Assembly (NCBI RefSeq): GCF_006345805.1 | Contig: NC_043008.1 | Location: 23,188,001-23,252,000 of the forward strand | Direction: 5' to 3' | Source of the DNA: Octopus sinensis | Lineage: Eukaryota | Length of the DNA: 64,000 nt | Shown: positions 40,592 through 54,239 of the stretch, piece after piece | Position numbering within the stretch: position 1 is the first letter of the stretch | How the letters are laid out: each line of letters starts with the position of its first letter | Notes under the pieces: generated by a model | Databases searched by the model: none | Told to the model about the DNA's origin: nothing | The model's input: only the letters and a program-made list of their open reading frames with translations | Position numbers and translations under genes: made by a program

Positions 40592-40754
40592 GGCACAGAA
40601 GTGGCTGTGTGGTAAGTAGCTTGCTAACCAACCACATGGTTCCGGGTTCAGTCCCACTGCGTGGCATCTTGGGCAAGTGTCTTCTGCTATAGCCTCGGGC
40701 CGACCAAAGCCTTGTGAGTGGATTTGGTAGACGGAAACTGAAAGAGGCCTGTCG

Positions 40755-40785
<31 letters not shown>

Positions 40786-41009
40786 ATATGTTTGTGTGTC
40801 TGTGTTTGTCCCTCTAGCATTGCTTGACAACTGATGCTGGTGTGTTTACGTCCCCATCACTTAGCGGTTTGGCAAAAGAGAGCGATAGAATAAGTACTGG
40901 GCTTACAAAAGAATAAGCCCCGGGGTCGATTTGCTTGACTAAAGGCGGTGCTCCAGCATGGCTGCAGTCAAATGACTGAAACAAGTAAAAGAGTAAAAGA
41001 GTAAAAGAG
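40592..41009 (+). mobile_element. tRNA-derived SINE, full length (octopod-type)
   Basis: A-box tggctgtgtggtaag, B-box ggttcagtccc, cttgggcaagtg core, internal (TA)n(TG)n and (GTAAAAGA)n tail. Five copies in the window. Confidence 0.88.
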
Positions 41010-41099
41010 GGTGTGGTGAATAAGCTGTCATCTAAATTAAACAAAAATGAAAATAACACTGGCATCTCCTTTTAACAAATATGTTTACCAAAATTACAT

Positions 41100-41290
41100 T
41101 CAAATATCTTGAAATACTAAAGAGTAAATTTATTCAATAAAATCACCATTGGCTTCAACCACAGCCTCCAGATGACTTCAGAATCTCCTGCAGCTTTTCT
41201 GGATGATCTCCTTGTTTAACTTGGTGAATGCTGCCATAATCTTTGCCTTCAGTTCATCTTTGGTGTTACAAGGAGTTTTGGTGGTCTTCC
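41100..41290 (-). mobile_element. Tc1/mariner transposase C-terminal relic
   Basis: The minus strand reads PCNTKDELKAKIMAAFTKLNKEII...HLEAVVEANGDFIE*. Confidence 0.7.
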
Positions 41291-41504
41291 TATACTTCAT
41301 ATTGTACCCCTACAACTACCCCTTGTCAATTCTTTCTCACATATTTCCTTTCTTTCCTTTCCCCTCCTTAAACTGATATTCACTGCATCCAACTCAATCC
41401 GCAGTGAATATCAGTTTAAGGAGGGGAAAGGAAAGAAAGGAAATAAGTGTGTGAAGGAGAAAGAATTGACAAGGGATAGTTGTAGGGGTACAATATGAAG
41501 TATA
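41291..41504. repeat. Hairpin with ~96-104-bp arms and a 14-nt loop
   Basis: 41291-41386 pairs with 41401-41504, with one small indel and a few mismatches. Confidence 0.9.
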
Positions 41505-41689
41505 AGAAGATAAGTGGTATTATGTATAGCACCTGAGTAAATAGTACCACAGAAGATAGATTGAAGGGAGGGTGTTAGAAGATATGTTGTGAGGGAAAGA
41601 GCTGACAAGACCTCAATGTTGCTGAGGTGGACAGTCTTTTCAAGCATAGCTTTTCATCATTTATCTCAGTTTCCCATCATCTCCTCTGA

Positions 41690-43540
41690 GAGGCTTAACA
41701 TCTTGAGGTCAGACTTGTCCTCCCTCATTTAGTGATTGGCACTTCTTTATACATCTGTTATCTATCTACATCATATGACCATATCAGTGCAGTTATCTTT
41801 CCTGTACACAACATCTGATCCCTCTAATTACCAATTTTTCTCTCAACACATTTGCAGTTGGTAATAAATGTACTCTGATGTTGCACATCCATTGCTTCAT
41901 TTCTTTCTAGTCTTCATGTCCTCTGTATTTACAACCCAAGTTTTACAACTATGTAGCATTGCCATTCATATACAGGCATTGTACAATCTGTCTTTCATAC
42001 TGAGAGAGAGAGAGAGGCCTTTGTTACAAACAGAGGTAATAGTTCTCTGGATTTTGACCCTGCAGTTCTTCTACTTTTAGCACATCACCACCTTCCACTG
42101 CTAATTAGGTCTCCTAGGTAACAGAAATTACTACCTCTGAGGATCCTCCTGGGCATTCGAGAAAATCTATTTCCAATGTACTTATAGGGTTTATCATACC
42201 AAGGCCACTAAAGTCTGCTTTCTCTGTTAACATGGAATTTCTATCAATGTTTCATCATTTCAAATAAGGCCATTTACCTGACAGAATTAGTGGTTTATTT
42301 GTTTTCCTGCTTAATGGAATTTTGGTCTTTGCTAAGTTGTTAAATCCAGGTTTTGCTTCCATACCTAGAATTTCTTTTCTAATTCTACTCCAGATTCAAC
42401 CATAAGAACAACATCACCAGCATAGATTTCTTCCCATAGATTACTTGTCTTAAATTTCTCTGTTATGACCTGGTTATAAACCAAAAGAGACTGAGAACCA
42501 AACCTCGGTGAACTCCAGTCTGTGCATGAAATTTATTGCTGTTCTCATTACTAACTTTTACTTTGCTAACCGAACCCATTTACATTTTTTAAGGGCTCTC
42601 ACCAGATATTTGTCTATTCAAATCTTGTCTCTTTCAGATATTTGTCTATTCCTACTAGGTGACTTTCTCGCATATTGACAAATGCCAGGTACAGTATTTT
42701 TGGCTAAATACTTCTGAAATTGTCTTACTAGAAAGAAAGCTTCAGTAGTGCTTCTCCCTGGCACAGAACCATGCTGTATCGCATCTTGGTTAACTTTTTT
42801 CCTAGTTTATTGAGCTATCACTCTTTCTGTGACTTTCAAAACCTGGTCCAGTAATTTGATACTGCTGTAATCACTTCTCTCTAAGGCATCTCCTGACTAT
42901 GATGCTGCTATATCAGTCATTGGATATAATACTTTCTTGTACAACCTGATTAGCTATATGGGTGATTAGGCCATATTTCTTCTCCACTTGATATTTTAAG
43001 CATTTCAATGGTAATTTCAATGTTCTTAATTTCTGCCTCTATCATACTGCTGTCAACAAGAATGGCTGGAATCTCTGTTTTAGTTCGGAAGACTATCTTT
43101 TCCCAGTCATTCTCCACATTTAGCAGTCTTTCATAATAGCACTTCCCTGTCTCTTTGTTTTCAGAAACACTAATTGTAAGTGTACCATTATTGTTCTCAA
43201 TGCATTTCTCTCCCTCAGCATCTTGATTTTCTCTGATACACTGCCTTGCAATCCAGAACATCTCATGCCTTTGGTACTCATGTCTTAGAACATTAGCAAA
43301 CCCCTTCTTTTGTGCTTCTCTCTTTGCTAAATAAACCTGCCATCTAGTTTCTCTTCTAGCTACCTTGTATAGTTCTCTGTTGCCCTCATTCCTCCAAACC
43401 TTCCAAGCCTTCCACTTTTTTTACGACTCTATCTACTTCCCTATTCCACCATCCTTGTTTGTTTGCCTTGAATTTTGCATCAGCCACAAATTGGATTTGT
43501 AGTCCTCAGTAGGTTACTCCCTAAGAATTTCCAATTGTCT
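41690..43540 (-). mobile_element. Old RTE family A-related copy
   Basis: FWIARQCIRENQD..GEKCI, YERLLNVENDWE and RT remnants on the minus strand. Heavily decayed. Confidence 0.8.
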
Positions 43541-43544
43541 GCCC

Positions 43545-43790
43545 TCAGCTTCCACCAGGGCCTCAAGACAGCTCTGGAACCTGATACATGTTCTTATTAT
43601 GTCCGTCCCTGGGAAGATTTTTGAACTCCTCTTTGATCATGGCTTCCAGCTTGGCTTTGGTGTTGCAGGTAGAGTAGTTGGTGTCTTTCTCAGCTGTACC
43701 TCACACATAGTAATCCATGGGATTACAATCAGGGGAACTAGGAGGCCAGAAATTGGGGCTGCTGAAGTCATAGAAATTCTCCAACAATTA
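43545..43790 (-). mobile_element. Tc1/mariner relic
   Basis: The minus strand reads NFWPPSSPDCNPMDYYV.GT.E..TN, a typical D,D34D C-terminal segment. Confidence 0.7.
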
Positions 43791-43899
43791 CTTTGCCTCA
43801 ACAATTACTTTGCCTCAACAATTACTTTGCAGAAAAATTATAATAGCATCCCAAAATGTACAGAAGTTTCTGCCTATTGGACCACTAGCATGCATGGAA

Positions 43900-44275
43900 A
43901 ACCAAAATTTTAGTAGAAACACCATCTTCTCCTCCTCCCCTGAAGGTTTCTCATCCCTTTTCCTGACATCCAGTCAATTTTCTTTGTTTTGATGGCAAGA
44001 AACATGGAAAATGTAGTCTCACACCCATGGGTGGTTGGAAATGGCATCAGTACTTTAAGAGACATCTTTGCAACATCAAGATATGACCATGCCATTTCAG
44101 TCCAAAAGTCAGAACAGTACATTTCTGGAAAAAGCATTTTGCATCTCGATCAGACCAAATCAGTGAACTGTTCTTGAATTAAATTGTCTTCTGTTGGCAG
44201 ATCGCTAACAGTGAGTACAAAGGGGTTCCTGATAAAACAGAAGTATTTGTTAAAGTCATGAAGATCAGGAAAATA
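43900..44275 (-). mobile_element. hAT transposase C-terminal (dimerisation) relic
   Basis: FW.EM...Y.DVAKM.LKVLMPFPTT.GCET.FS..LAIKTK, with FIRNPF upstream. Confidence 0.75.
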
Positions 44276-47210
44276 AAGAGAATATTTATGAATACTTTTT
44301 AGTATATATCAAACTTTTACCACAATAGAAGGAGAAAAAGAAAATATAGAAATAGTTTAATATTTATACACTTAAATATTAACTCATCAGATGATATCTT
44401 TGAATATTGATTAAATGATATTTACTGGTATTAATAAAGAAGTATTGAGGTAACAGAACATACTAATTATATATAAAAAATTTTTAGTCTAAGCAGATTT
44501 TTTTATAAGTAGTGAATATATAGCTTTATATAAGCTGAGTATGAAATTTATATAGATAGAAGACTTAGAATAATTTCATAAATAAATGAATAAAGTCTAA
44601 TTTTAAGATAAAATAGAATAATCATAGAACATCATAGAAAAGGGATAAAATGATTTAAATACTCATACTATGATAAAGTATATTTAACTTGTTAACACCA
44701 ATAGAGAAGATTTTTAGAAAAAAGTTTAATAATTCAAAATATATTAAATTAAAAATTATATTTACTTGTCACGATAATATCTATAAAAGACTAATGTTCG
44801 GTCTCGGCTAAAGGAATAATTAAGTTATGGAACAATTCTATTTTACACTAATCTTTTTTTTAAATTAAGGGTTATATTATAGGTTTAAGAAGTTATTATT
44901 ACACCCTACATGATATTTATATTTTGTTATTGATACTTATTTAGAAAGGTTATTTATATAAAGGTCCTTATAAATACTAAGATCAGGAGGGTGGAGCAAT
45001 TTGAGAAAAGAGAAAAATCAAGTAATTTTTAAATATCATTTCAAACAATATTATCATACTGTATAAGGTTAAAAAATTTTTTTAGGGTATTCAAGAAGAT
45101 TATTAAGAATGAGGATTTTAACAAAAAGGATACCACTTTTTTTAATATTTTGAGTATATACCAAATTTTTTTTTACCATAATAGAGGGAGGAAAAAGAAA
45201 ATTGCAAAGAAATAGATTAATATTTATATATTTATTCTTATCTAAAATATTCACTTATTATTAGGTTTCTATGGAGATTGATCAAATGGATTTAACTGAT
45301 ATTTAATAAGGGCAACTGAGGTTAAAGAACATGTCAACTATATACTGATTTAATTAAAGTTGAACTAATTTTAAGTTGTGGACATACCAGTATTAACTTA
45401 TATAAGCTGAGTATGAATTAATAGGGGTACAAGGATTAGATTTATTTAAGGCTGCTATAAAAATAACAATAACAATAATAATAAAATGATCAGTTAGGGT
45501 AGAGCATCATGGAAAAGGAATAAAATAGACTAATCATTAAAAAACCATAATAAAGAAAAAAATATTCATACCTTATTAACTCTAATAGCAAGATTTTATA
45601 GAAAATGTATAATAATTTATGAGCTAAAATAATTGTTAACTTATTTAGCTTACTATAATCAGGGCTGAAACTCGGTATTAGTTGAAAAGATAATTTTTGT
45701 TAAAAGGACAAGTTAACCATATACTAATATTGAATCACGATATAGATTACAAAAGTTATTTGTGTTAATTCATAAATGATATTACAGTTTCTTAGGGGTA
45801 CTTAATTGGAAGGGCTATTTAAAACCAAAATAAATACAAAAATTAAGAGGATGGAACATTTTAAGAAAGGGATAAAAAACTTAATTACTAAAACTATTTT
45901 GAACAATATGTCATTTTTTGGTATAAGGTATAAATATAAGGCTGTCATGGAGATTTACCATTTAGGCAAGAGAACAAATAGTTAAATTTTAATTTAGGTA
46001 GTTTAGTTTTTAAATTTTGAAGATACCCATATTGTTTTTATAAGCTAAGAATGGCTTTATAGGGGTACAAAAATTTAGGTTTTTATAAAAATAATTATAA
46101 AGTTTTGAAATGATTAGGTAGAGTAGAAAAGAATGTGAAAATAGCTTAATCACTAAAATCATGATGAAGTACATATACAACTTAGTAACTTCAATAGAGA
46201 AGATTTATGGAACATATGCAATAATTCTAGAAATTAAAAAATTGTTTATTTACTCAATTAGCTTGTGTCTTTAATCACTGATACCTAGTATTGACTAAAA
46301 AATTAATGTTGCAGGGTATGCTATTTATGCATTGATTTTAAAACTAAGAGGTATATTATACGATTTAAAAACTCAAGATCAATAAAGAGCTACTTTCTAA
46401 AATATTTGAAGGTACGGGTAGTACTGTGTATGCATGATACCCTAAGGTCTAATTGATCAGGTTTACATTATCTTTATACTTAAAAATTTAATGTTTCGAT
46501 AGAGCAAAGCTCGCACCCATATCTGCTATTTCTATAAGGCTGTGCTTTTCTTATTATTTCCCATTTGAGGCTAAATTCAATTCCACTTTCCTTCAATTCC
46601 CACATCTTACTGATTAATGATGTACAATTCACTTTATGTTTAAGTTTAAAAGATGACACATGATTGTATATACGCTGTTTCAAATTAATCAAACAACCGA
46701 AGTAAATATAATTATTACTTGTAGTTATTATTGTACATTTATATACTACATTCTAGGCAAGACATTGGCCTAGTAACGGACAGCGGGATTTAACCCTACA
46801 GTTGCAACTAGGGGAATAATTATTATTAATATTAGTATCATTAAGAATTAAATTATTTTTATTTATATTATTAGTGTTTTCATTATTTATAATTAGATTA
46901 TTAAGTAAGTTATGTTCATGTCTATAATTTTCTAACTCCACTTCAACCGTATTATCATATAAATTCTCCTCATCACCAAGCATACAAATAGTTTCCATGC
47001 CCGTATATGTACTGAGACTATAATCCATAATACTATTATTAGAGGTGTTACCACTATTTATTCCATATACCCTATCATTTTCAATATTATTATTTTCCTT
47101 TTGGGGGTTTAAGTTATGGCTGATAGAATTATTACTATTATTATTTATATAATTATTATTATTGCCATTGTTATTATTATTTTTATTTTCATTGTTATTG
47201 TTAATGTTAC

Positions 47211-47254
<44 letters not shown>

Positions 47255-47255
<1 letters not shown>

Positions 47256-50200
47256 CATTCAGTAGTTTTATTTTTATAATGTGCTTTCACTTCACTACCA
47301 AGCGCAGCTCTGTGTGCCTTGGGTATGTGCTGTGATTTGTTGTGATGCTCTGATGATTACTGTATTGAAAGTGTTCTGTGTAGGATGTGTGCTGTGCCTA
47401 GTAGTGCAATTTTCTGTATGTTATATGTGTTTGTAAGTCCTGGTGTTTTTGTTATGTATTTGTCTGAATATTTTTTATCATGCCTAATGCACCTACTATG
47501 ATAGGAATTGTTTCTGTTTTTAGATTCCACATTCTAGTTACCTCTATTTCCAGGTCTTTGTATTTTGAAAGTTTCTCCATTTCTTTTAGAGACATGTTGT
47601 CATCTGCTGGTATTAATACATCAATTAGAAAGCATTTTTTTCTCTTCATGATCTCTGACAACTATATCTGTTCTGATGGCCTTAATTTATCTATCTGTGT
47701 GTATCGGCATATCCCAGAGTATGGTTGCTTTCTCGTTTTCTGTGACCTTTTCTGGTGTGTGCCTATACCATCTTTTTTCTGTTGTTATTTCATAATGTTG
47801 GCATAGCTTCCAGTGTATGTAGGTCCCAACTCTGTCGTGTCTGTGAATATATTCCTTCTTAGCCAGGACTGGGCAGCCAGAGATAATATGATTTATTGTT
47901 TCTTGTCCATCTCCACATATTCTGCAGTTACTTGTTATATTTCTTTTCAACCACTGCTGGGATTTTTCTTTGTCTATTTCTTTTGCATTTAGTTTAGTCC
48001 AGTACTTGCCATGAAGGGGCTTTTCTTGCCATCGTTTTATCATGGTCCGTTGCTGTTCTAGTTTTAGTTTTGATTTCATTTGCTTTATAGCTTTTGTTGT
48101 GTTTTTTCTTCTCCTTCTTCTTCTTCTTCTTCATCTTCTTCTTCTTCTTCTTCTTCTTCTTCTTCTTCTTCTTCTTCTTCTTCTTTGTTAGGTGGTATGA
48201 TTTCTTGTTTGTATTTGTCAGCTTCCTTAAATACTGAGAACAATTTTTTGTTTTGCTCGTGTTTTGCCGCTATTTGTATCAGTTTTCCTTGCTTCTGAAG
48301 TAGGTATTTTTGCAGTCCTATGGTGGTTATTTTGTAGTAGTTTTCCAGCTTTATGAGGCCTCTGCCACCTTCTATACGTTGTATATATAGTCTTTCGATG
48401 TCAGATTTTGTGTGATGCATCCTAGATCCTGTCATTATTTTTCTTGTTTTCCTATCTATTTTGGTTAGTTCATTTAGCGTCCAGTTAAGGGTATTGTAGC
48501 TGTAACTTATAACTGGGATGGCTAAAGTGTTAATACCTATTATCTTGTTTTTAGCATTGAGCTCTGTTTTTAGTATTGATCTAACTCGTCTATAGTATTC
48601 TTTCTTTATTTTCTCTTTCATTTGTGTGTGTTGTGTCTTATCTAGTTCATAGATTCCTAAATATTTGTAAGTTTGGCTTTGGTCTAATTCTCTTATTTCA
48701 TTGGCTTTATCTAGTGTAATGTTGCTACTCTTAACTAGTTTTCCTCTTTTCAGGGTTACTTTGGCGCATTTTTCTAATCCAAATTTCATATCTATTTCTT
48801 TGGTGAATCCATGGACTGTCTTTAGTAGTGTTTCCAGCTGTTTGTCATTTGTAGCATATAGTTTTAGGTCATCCATATATAAAAGGTGGCTGATCGTTTT
48901 GCCGTAACATTTATATCCACATCCAGTTCTATTTAGCATATCAGATAGAGTTGACAGTGCCAAGCAGAAAAGGAGTGGAGAGAGCGTGTCTCCCTGGAAT
49001 ATTCCTCTGCTAATGGTGATGGCTTTGGTTTTCACGAGTCCCCCTTTTGTTTGGAGTTGTAGCACTGTTTGCCATTTATTCATATAGTGTCCTATGTATT
49101 TTATGATTGTTGGTGCTACTTTGTTAATGGCTAGTGTTTCGAGGATCCATGTGTGGGGAATGCTATCAAACGCCTTTCTATAGTCAATCCAGGCCATACT
49201 GAGGCCTTTCTTCTTTCTGTGGCTGTCTTCATTTATGGCTTTATTGATCATTAGTTGATCTTTACAGCCATATGAGCCTTTGCGGCATCCTTTCTGCTCT
49301 TCTGGAAACAGGTTGTTTTCGTCCAAGTGCTTGTTTAATCTTTGTGATATTACCGCAGTGAATGCTTTGTACATTGTAGGGAGACAGGTTATAGGTCTGT
49401 AGTTTTCTGGTTTTGCTGTCTCATTGGATTTGGGAATTAAGATGGTTTTCCCCTTTGTGAGCCATTCAGGCATTGTCTCTGGCTCTGCCAGTATGTTGTT
49501 AAAGTTTTCAGCCAGCTTTTTGTGCATTCCTGTCCGATATTTCAACCAGAAGTTGGGGATCTTGTCATGCCCAGGTGCCTTCCAGTTGCTTAGTCTTTGC
49601 AGTGCCTGGGTGACCTCTTCAGTTGTTATGGGGGTCCAAAGTTGCTCAGATGCTGAATTTGTTGTTTTAATACTCCTTATTTTGGTTGTTCTTTCACCGA
49701 CCATATTTCTTTCCAGAATTCTTCCACTTCTTCTGCTGTTGGTGCTGCAGTGATGTCTATTTTATTTTTGCCATTTTCTTGGTAGAACTTTTTGGGGTTG
49801 GAGTTGAACTGTTTGTTTTGTTCAAAGAAACGTTGGCGTTTCTCATACCAGTAGAACCTTTGTGCTTTGGCAAGGATATCTTGCTTTAGCTTTTCTTTTT
49901 ATCTCAGGTAATTCTTTTTCTGTGATGTTGTATTTGCACAGTATTTTTATTTTATTTTTGTTGCTTAGTAGCGTTGATTGTCTACTGATTTCATTAAGAA
50001 TTGCCAGATCTTTTCTCATTTTTTGTATTTTGTTTTGGATGTTATTTATCCACAAGGTTTGTTTGGGTGGTGGTACTCCTTTTTGGATGGGTTTGAGGGA
50101 GTATCCAGCTTCTTTTGTGGCTGCAGTGGCTGCTGCATATACTAAGTCATTTAGCTCAGTGATATCGCTATTTGTTTCAGTGGCTATTAGTTCTGTGATG

Positions 50201-51289
50201 GCTTGGTTTATGCTATTTATAAGTGTTGTTGTTTTTTTGTCTATTTTGATTTTTGGGAGGTATGTTCGGTGGTCCATTTTGAGATCTGTATTTTTCAGTT
50301 CTTTGATTATTCTACTTTTTATAGTATCATAATCATTAGGCTCCCCTTCATTGTTTCCAGGTTTTAGATTTGTGTCGCTTTCTTTCTCATTCGTATGTTT
50401 GTCTGTCGTGTTTTGGCTTGCTGCTTGTTGTGCATTATTATGCATCCTTACGGTCTGGGTTTGCTGTTTTTTGTTTACATCGTTTTTGTGGGAAATGTTA
50501 CGTTTGTCTTCGTGTTTTACTATCTCAGTGTTTATATTATTTGGCATTGTTGTGTGGCTTCTATCTACATTTTCCTGATGTATTTTTCTTTTAAATGTTC
50601 TATTTCTATTTCTGATATTTTTTTTGCGTTGAGAATATATCTTCGTATGTTAGCTAGTTTATTAGGGTTCATTGCTGTATCCAAGTCTTTGTTTATGTCA
50701 TTTTTCTTCCATATTTTATATGTATATGTTGTTATGTATTCGTTCTTTGGGTAGAGCACTGCTGTAAAGTAAGCATGTAGGATTGAAATGTATTCCTCTC
50801 GCGTCCATTTATGCCTTTTTGGTTTTATTTGCAAGGACGTGAGGAACAACGTCTTGCCCATTATTTTGACGGTCGTCATTTTCGTTGGGTACTGGCCCGT
50901 TCATTTCTGTTGTCACATTGTTTTGCACATGTAGTTTTTCGTACTTTTTGTGTAACAAATTTAAAGTTCGTACTTCCTGATTGCTATTCTTGGGTTGAAT
51001 AATACTGGTATTATTTAATTTATTCGTAGTTTTTATGTACATGGTGTTTGGGGCTGAAGATGATCTGTTGTTGATGGATCGTAATGTATCAATCATGTTT
51101 ACATGGTTGGAGATGATATCGAGTTAAAATACATCATTTCATTTGGGAAATAGCAATAAATTTCAATGATATAGTCCAATCCTTTGTTAGTTAGTTTTTT
51201 GCTCCATGCAATGTCTTTGTTTCCGATGTTTTGTGGATAGATTTCGGAGCACTGTTTTATCACTCTCACATGTTAAATGTTCCCCGGTG
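47255..51289 (-). mobile_element. R4/Dong-clade non-LTR retrotransposon (RT plus restriction-like endonuclease), frameshifted
   Basis: 539-aa ORF with WKAPGHD, CKDQL, WIDYRKAFDSIPH, GIFQGDTLSPLLF and YMDDLK. CCHC CRICG...HIISGC, RHD, and RLE motif LIDV.IP...K..KY..L. N-terminal KWTREE. Flanked by (TAA)n on both sides. Confidence 0.9.
48110..48185 (-). repeat. (GAA)n microsatellite giving in-frame poly-Glu in the Dong ORF
   Basis: (ttc)n run on the + strand. Confidence 0.95.
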
Positions 51290-53482
51290 TTATTATTATT
51301 ATTATTATTACCATTATTTTTAACAATTCTGGCTAATCTTATATTCTTCCTATTTAATCTAGCTATGATGGTACTTATATTGGGGAGAGTAGAGTATAAG
51401 ATTCTAACCATCTTACGTGAAAAGATTCCATTATATCTATGGGAATTAGGGAAGTTTTTTTCTAAAATAGCCATAAATCTACTATATATGTTTGTGGATA
51501 TTGTTTAGTTGAAACCATATGAGATTTTTACCTTTAAATTTTTTATGTAAGTAAGGGTAGGATAAATTTGTGCTTTCTCTGCTCCCTAGAATTGTGCCAT
51601 GAATAATAGTTTTGTATTTATTTCTATTGGGTCCTTTATTTGGAGGAGTAACCATTTCTTTTTCATTTTCATCTATTTTATTTAACCCAAGTTTTTTACT
51701 TTTATTAGTATCCAATCTACTATCGGAGTCTACTCTGTTATTATTATTTAAAATGTAGGATAGGTTATCAGTTTGTATTTTTTCATAACTCAGTAAGTTA
51801 GTAGACTTTCTATTACTTAAACTATTCTTATTTTTTCCTCTATTAAAAAGTGCTAAACTCTCCGGATTGAGAAAAGTAATTTCTTGGTCATATCCCGCTT
51901 TAGACAAAGCAACATTATAGTGGTATGAATGGGAATTAAAAATCTCAATGTTTGATGATAATTTAGTAATTCTCCTTGAAATACTTTTAACTACTGATTT
52001 TAATACATTGGGGGGGGGGTTGTTGATAATTTATTCACATATCTTATAACCTCACCTTCTTTCCTATAGGGGTAGTATAATTTAGAATTAATGTTTAAAG
52101 TAGTATCTAAAAAATGAACTACTTTAGTGTTATATTCATATGTAATACTTAAGTTAAAATTTTTGAAAAATTTTCTAATTCCCTTTCTCATTCTTTCTAT
52201 GATTGATTTATTGGTGGTAGGGATGATGAATAAAGCATCATCCCTATATAGACCACCTTGTAATTCAGGGATTTCTTTATTTAGACATCTTAACAGATAC
52301 GTGCCCAATAGATTAGTGACTTCAGCTGAGTTGCTGGAACCGTTAGGTATATCAAAATTTTCTGGAGTCAGTCCTAGTCCTAGTCCAGAGTTTGCCCTCA
52401 AATTTTATAATAGTTCTAGCTAACAGAATTATATCAATTTTATCCCTAGTTATGAGAGAGAGAGAGAGAGAGAAAGAGAGATCTTTAGCTAAAATAAGAG
52501 TCTTGTTAAGGAGGATGGGGGATATACTTGAATAATAACTATTTATATCAAATTGGATAAAAGAATAATTACTATCAATAGATTTGAACCAATGAATTAC
52601 TTCATCTGTATCAATCCATAATTTTAGAGTTAGGTTGGGAATTATAAGGGGTAGAATATTGTCAAGAATAGACTTGCTAAGCCGGCCAATATCCAACTTA
52701 GGTGGGCATATAAATCTTACAGTAGGATTATCCTGGAAGTTCTTTTTGTGGTCTTTCAGGTTAATCCTAGGTTCGCTTGGTGTTCGCTTGGTGTTCGTGG
52801 TTCTGTTCGGTCTGCTAAGTCATATTCCATTATAACTTCCTTGATTTTCAAATTGATATCCGATAGATTCTTTTTTGATGTTATTTTATATTTAGCGTTG
52901 AGTTCCTTCATTACAAGTTTACTATAGGTGGTATAGTCAAACCTATATAAGTTTCTGGTTTTATCTGTTGGGACCAGAATGCCTGGTTTTGTTATGCAAT
53001 GACTTAATAAATTCCTTTAGTTTCCTCAGATGTAAGTTTTTTCTTAGTGGGTATTCCTTGAATTTTACATTAGCAATACGATTGAATAAATCTTTTTCAA
53101 AATTTTCTAGTAGTGGATTAGGTGACAGATTTTTTCTGCTTTTGAATATCTTTTTATAATAATTCTTCTCATGTGTTTCTAGAGATTCATTTTTCTTTGT
53201 AGCATCTTGATGGTAAGCAATCTACCTTACCTGTCCAATAAACTCGTTTGTTCTATGGATTAGTAGCCACGTATAGGTGTCTTTACTATGTAAGGGGATG
53301 TCCTTCTGAGAAAATTCTATATTTACCTTTTCCATCTTGCTGAAAATTAAATATCAGAAATATACTCTAGGTATGGTAGATGAGTTCAGTAGAAATTTAG
53401 ATTCAGATGAATATGGTACGTAATTTGAGGCACCAGAATTTAGTATGGTATTATCCATACAATTTCAAAATATGGTGATTAA

Positions 53483-53691
53483 AATCAAAATAAGCAACAA
53501 GGATATCCAGAGGTAATGCAGTACGATCGTTTCATGTGACTCCATTTAATTGAACAATGCAATCATTTCATTACATCAATTTAAAATGTAGAGCAATCTT
53601 CAGTTGAAATGATTGCATTGTTTAATTAAATGGAGTCACATGAAACGATCGTACTGCATTATCTCTGGATATCCTTGTTGCTCATTTTGAT

Positions 53692-53692
<1 letters not shown>
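53483..53692. repeat. Hairpin with 88-bp arms and a 34-nt spacer at the 5' end of the PLE
   Basis: 53483-53570 pairs with 53605-53692, with about 3 mismatches. Confidence 0.92.
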
Positions 53693-53723
<31 letters not shown>

Positions 53724-54239
53724 TGTATGTATATATGTATGTATGTATGTATGTATTCATGCATGCATGCATGCATGCATGCATGTACGACATACATACG
53801 TACATACATATTAAAACAAATGAATGGATTTATGAGTGCTGCTACAATTGTTTCATCAGGGGAAAACATAATATAATTATTCAGGTTAGTTATGCAGTAC
53901 ACTAACCAACTTCTGAGCTTATCAGGCAACTTCTCAAAATGGAATGACATAAGTTGTTAAATGATACATTTATTCTCAACAAGAAGGATTATAAATGTAG
54001 ACACTTTAGATACCTTCTCTTTAACAGTGCACATATCCATAGTCATTTACTATAGGCATCAACCTATATTAAATGATTTTTTTATGCATCACTATTAGTC
54101 ATAAGAGAGATGAATCAAATGACTCTATCATACCCTGTCTCTTATATGATAACATAAACTGGAGTTTATCATCATAGACACAATTTTGAATTGAATTTTG
54201 GGATATCTCCCAATAATCACATTATCTCTATCAGATCAC

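Larger units (their letters stand above)
46430..53606 (-). mobile_element. Penelope-like element (RT plus GIY-YIG) interrupted by a Dong/R4 element
   Basis: RT: FIQFDINSYYSSI, GGLYRDDALF, VHFLDTTLN (51290-53160). GIY-YIG: CNCRVKSRCPLLGQCL, IYFGC...LKQRIYNH..SF, CELCSIE (46480-47030). The Asn-rich linker is split at an (AAT)n tract. Confidence 0.88.

Noticed and set aside
40592-40670. tRNA gene
   Set aside because: A/B-box-like head without a full cloverleaf, continuing into a SINE body present in five copies.
44275-46430. Possible mitochondrial insertion (NUMT), suggested by extreme AT content
   Set aside because: No recognisable mitochondrial protein, rRNA or tRNA motif in the frames I read. 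The internal triplication does not fit a NUMT.
48080-48298. Poly-Ser ORF on the + strand
   Set aside because: Antisense reading of the (GAA)n microsatellite in the Dong element.
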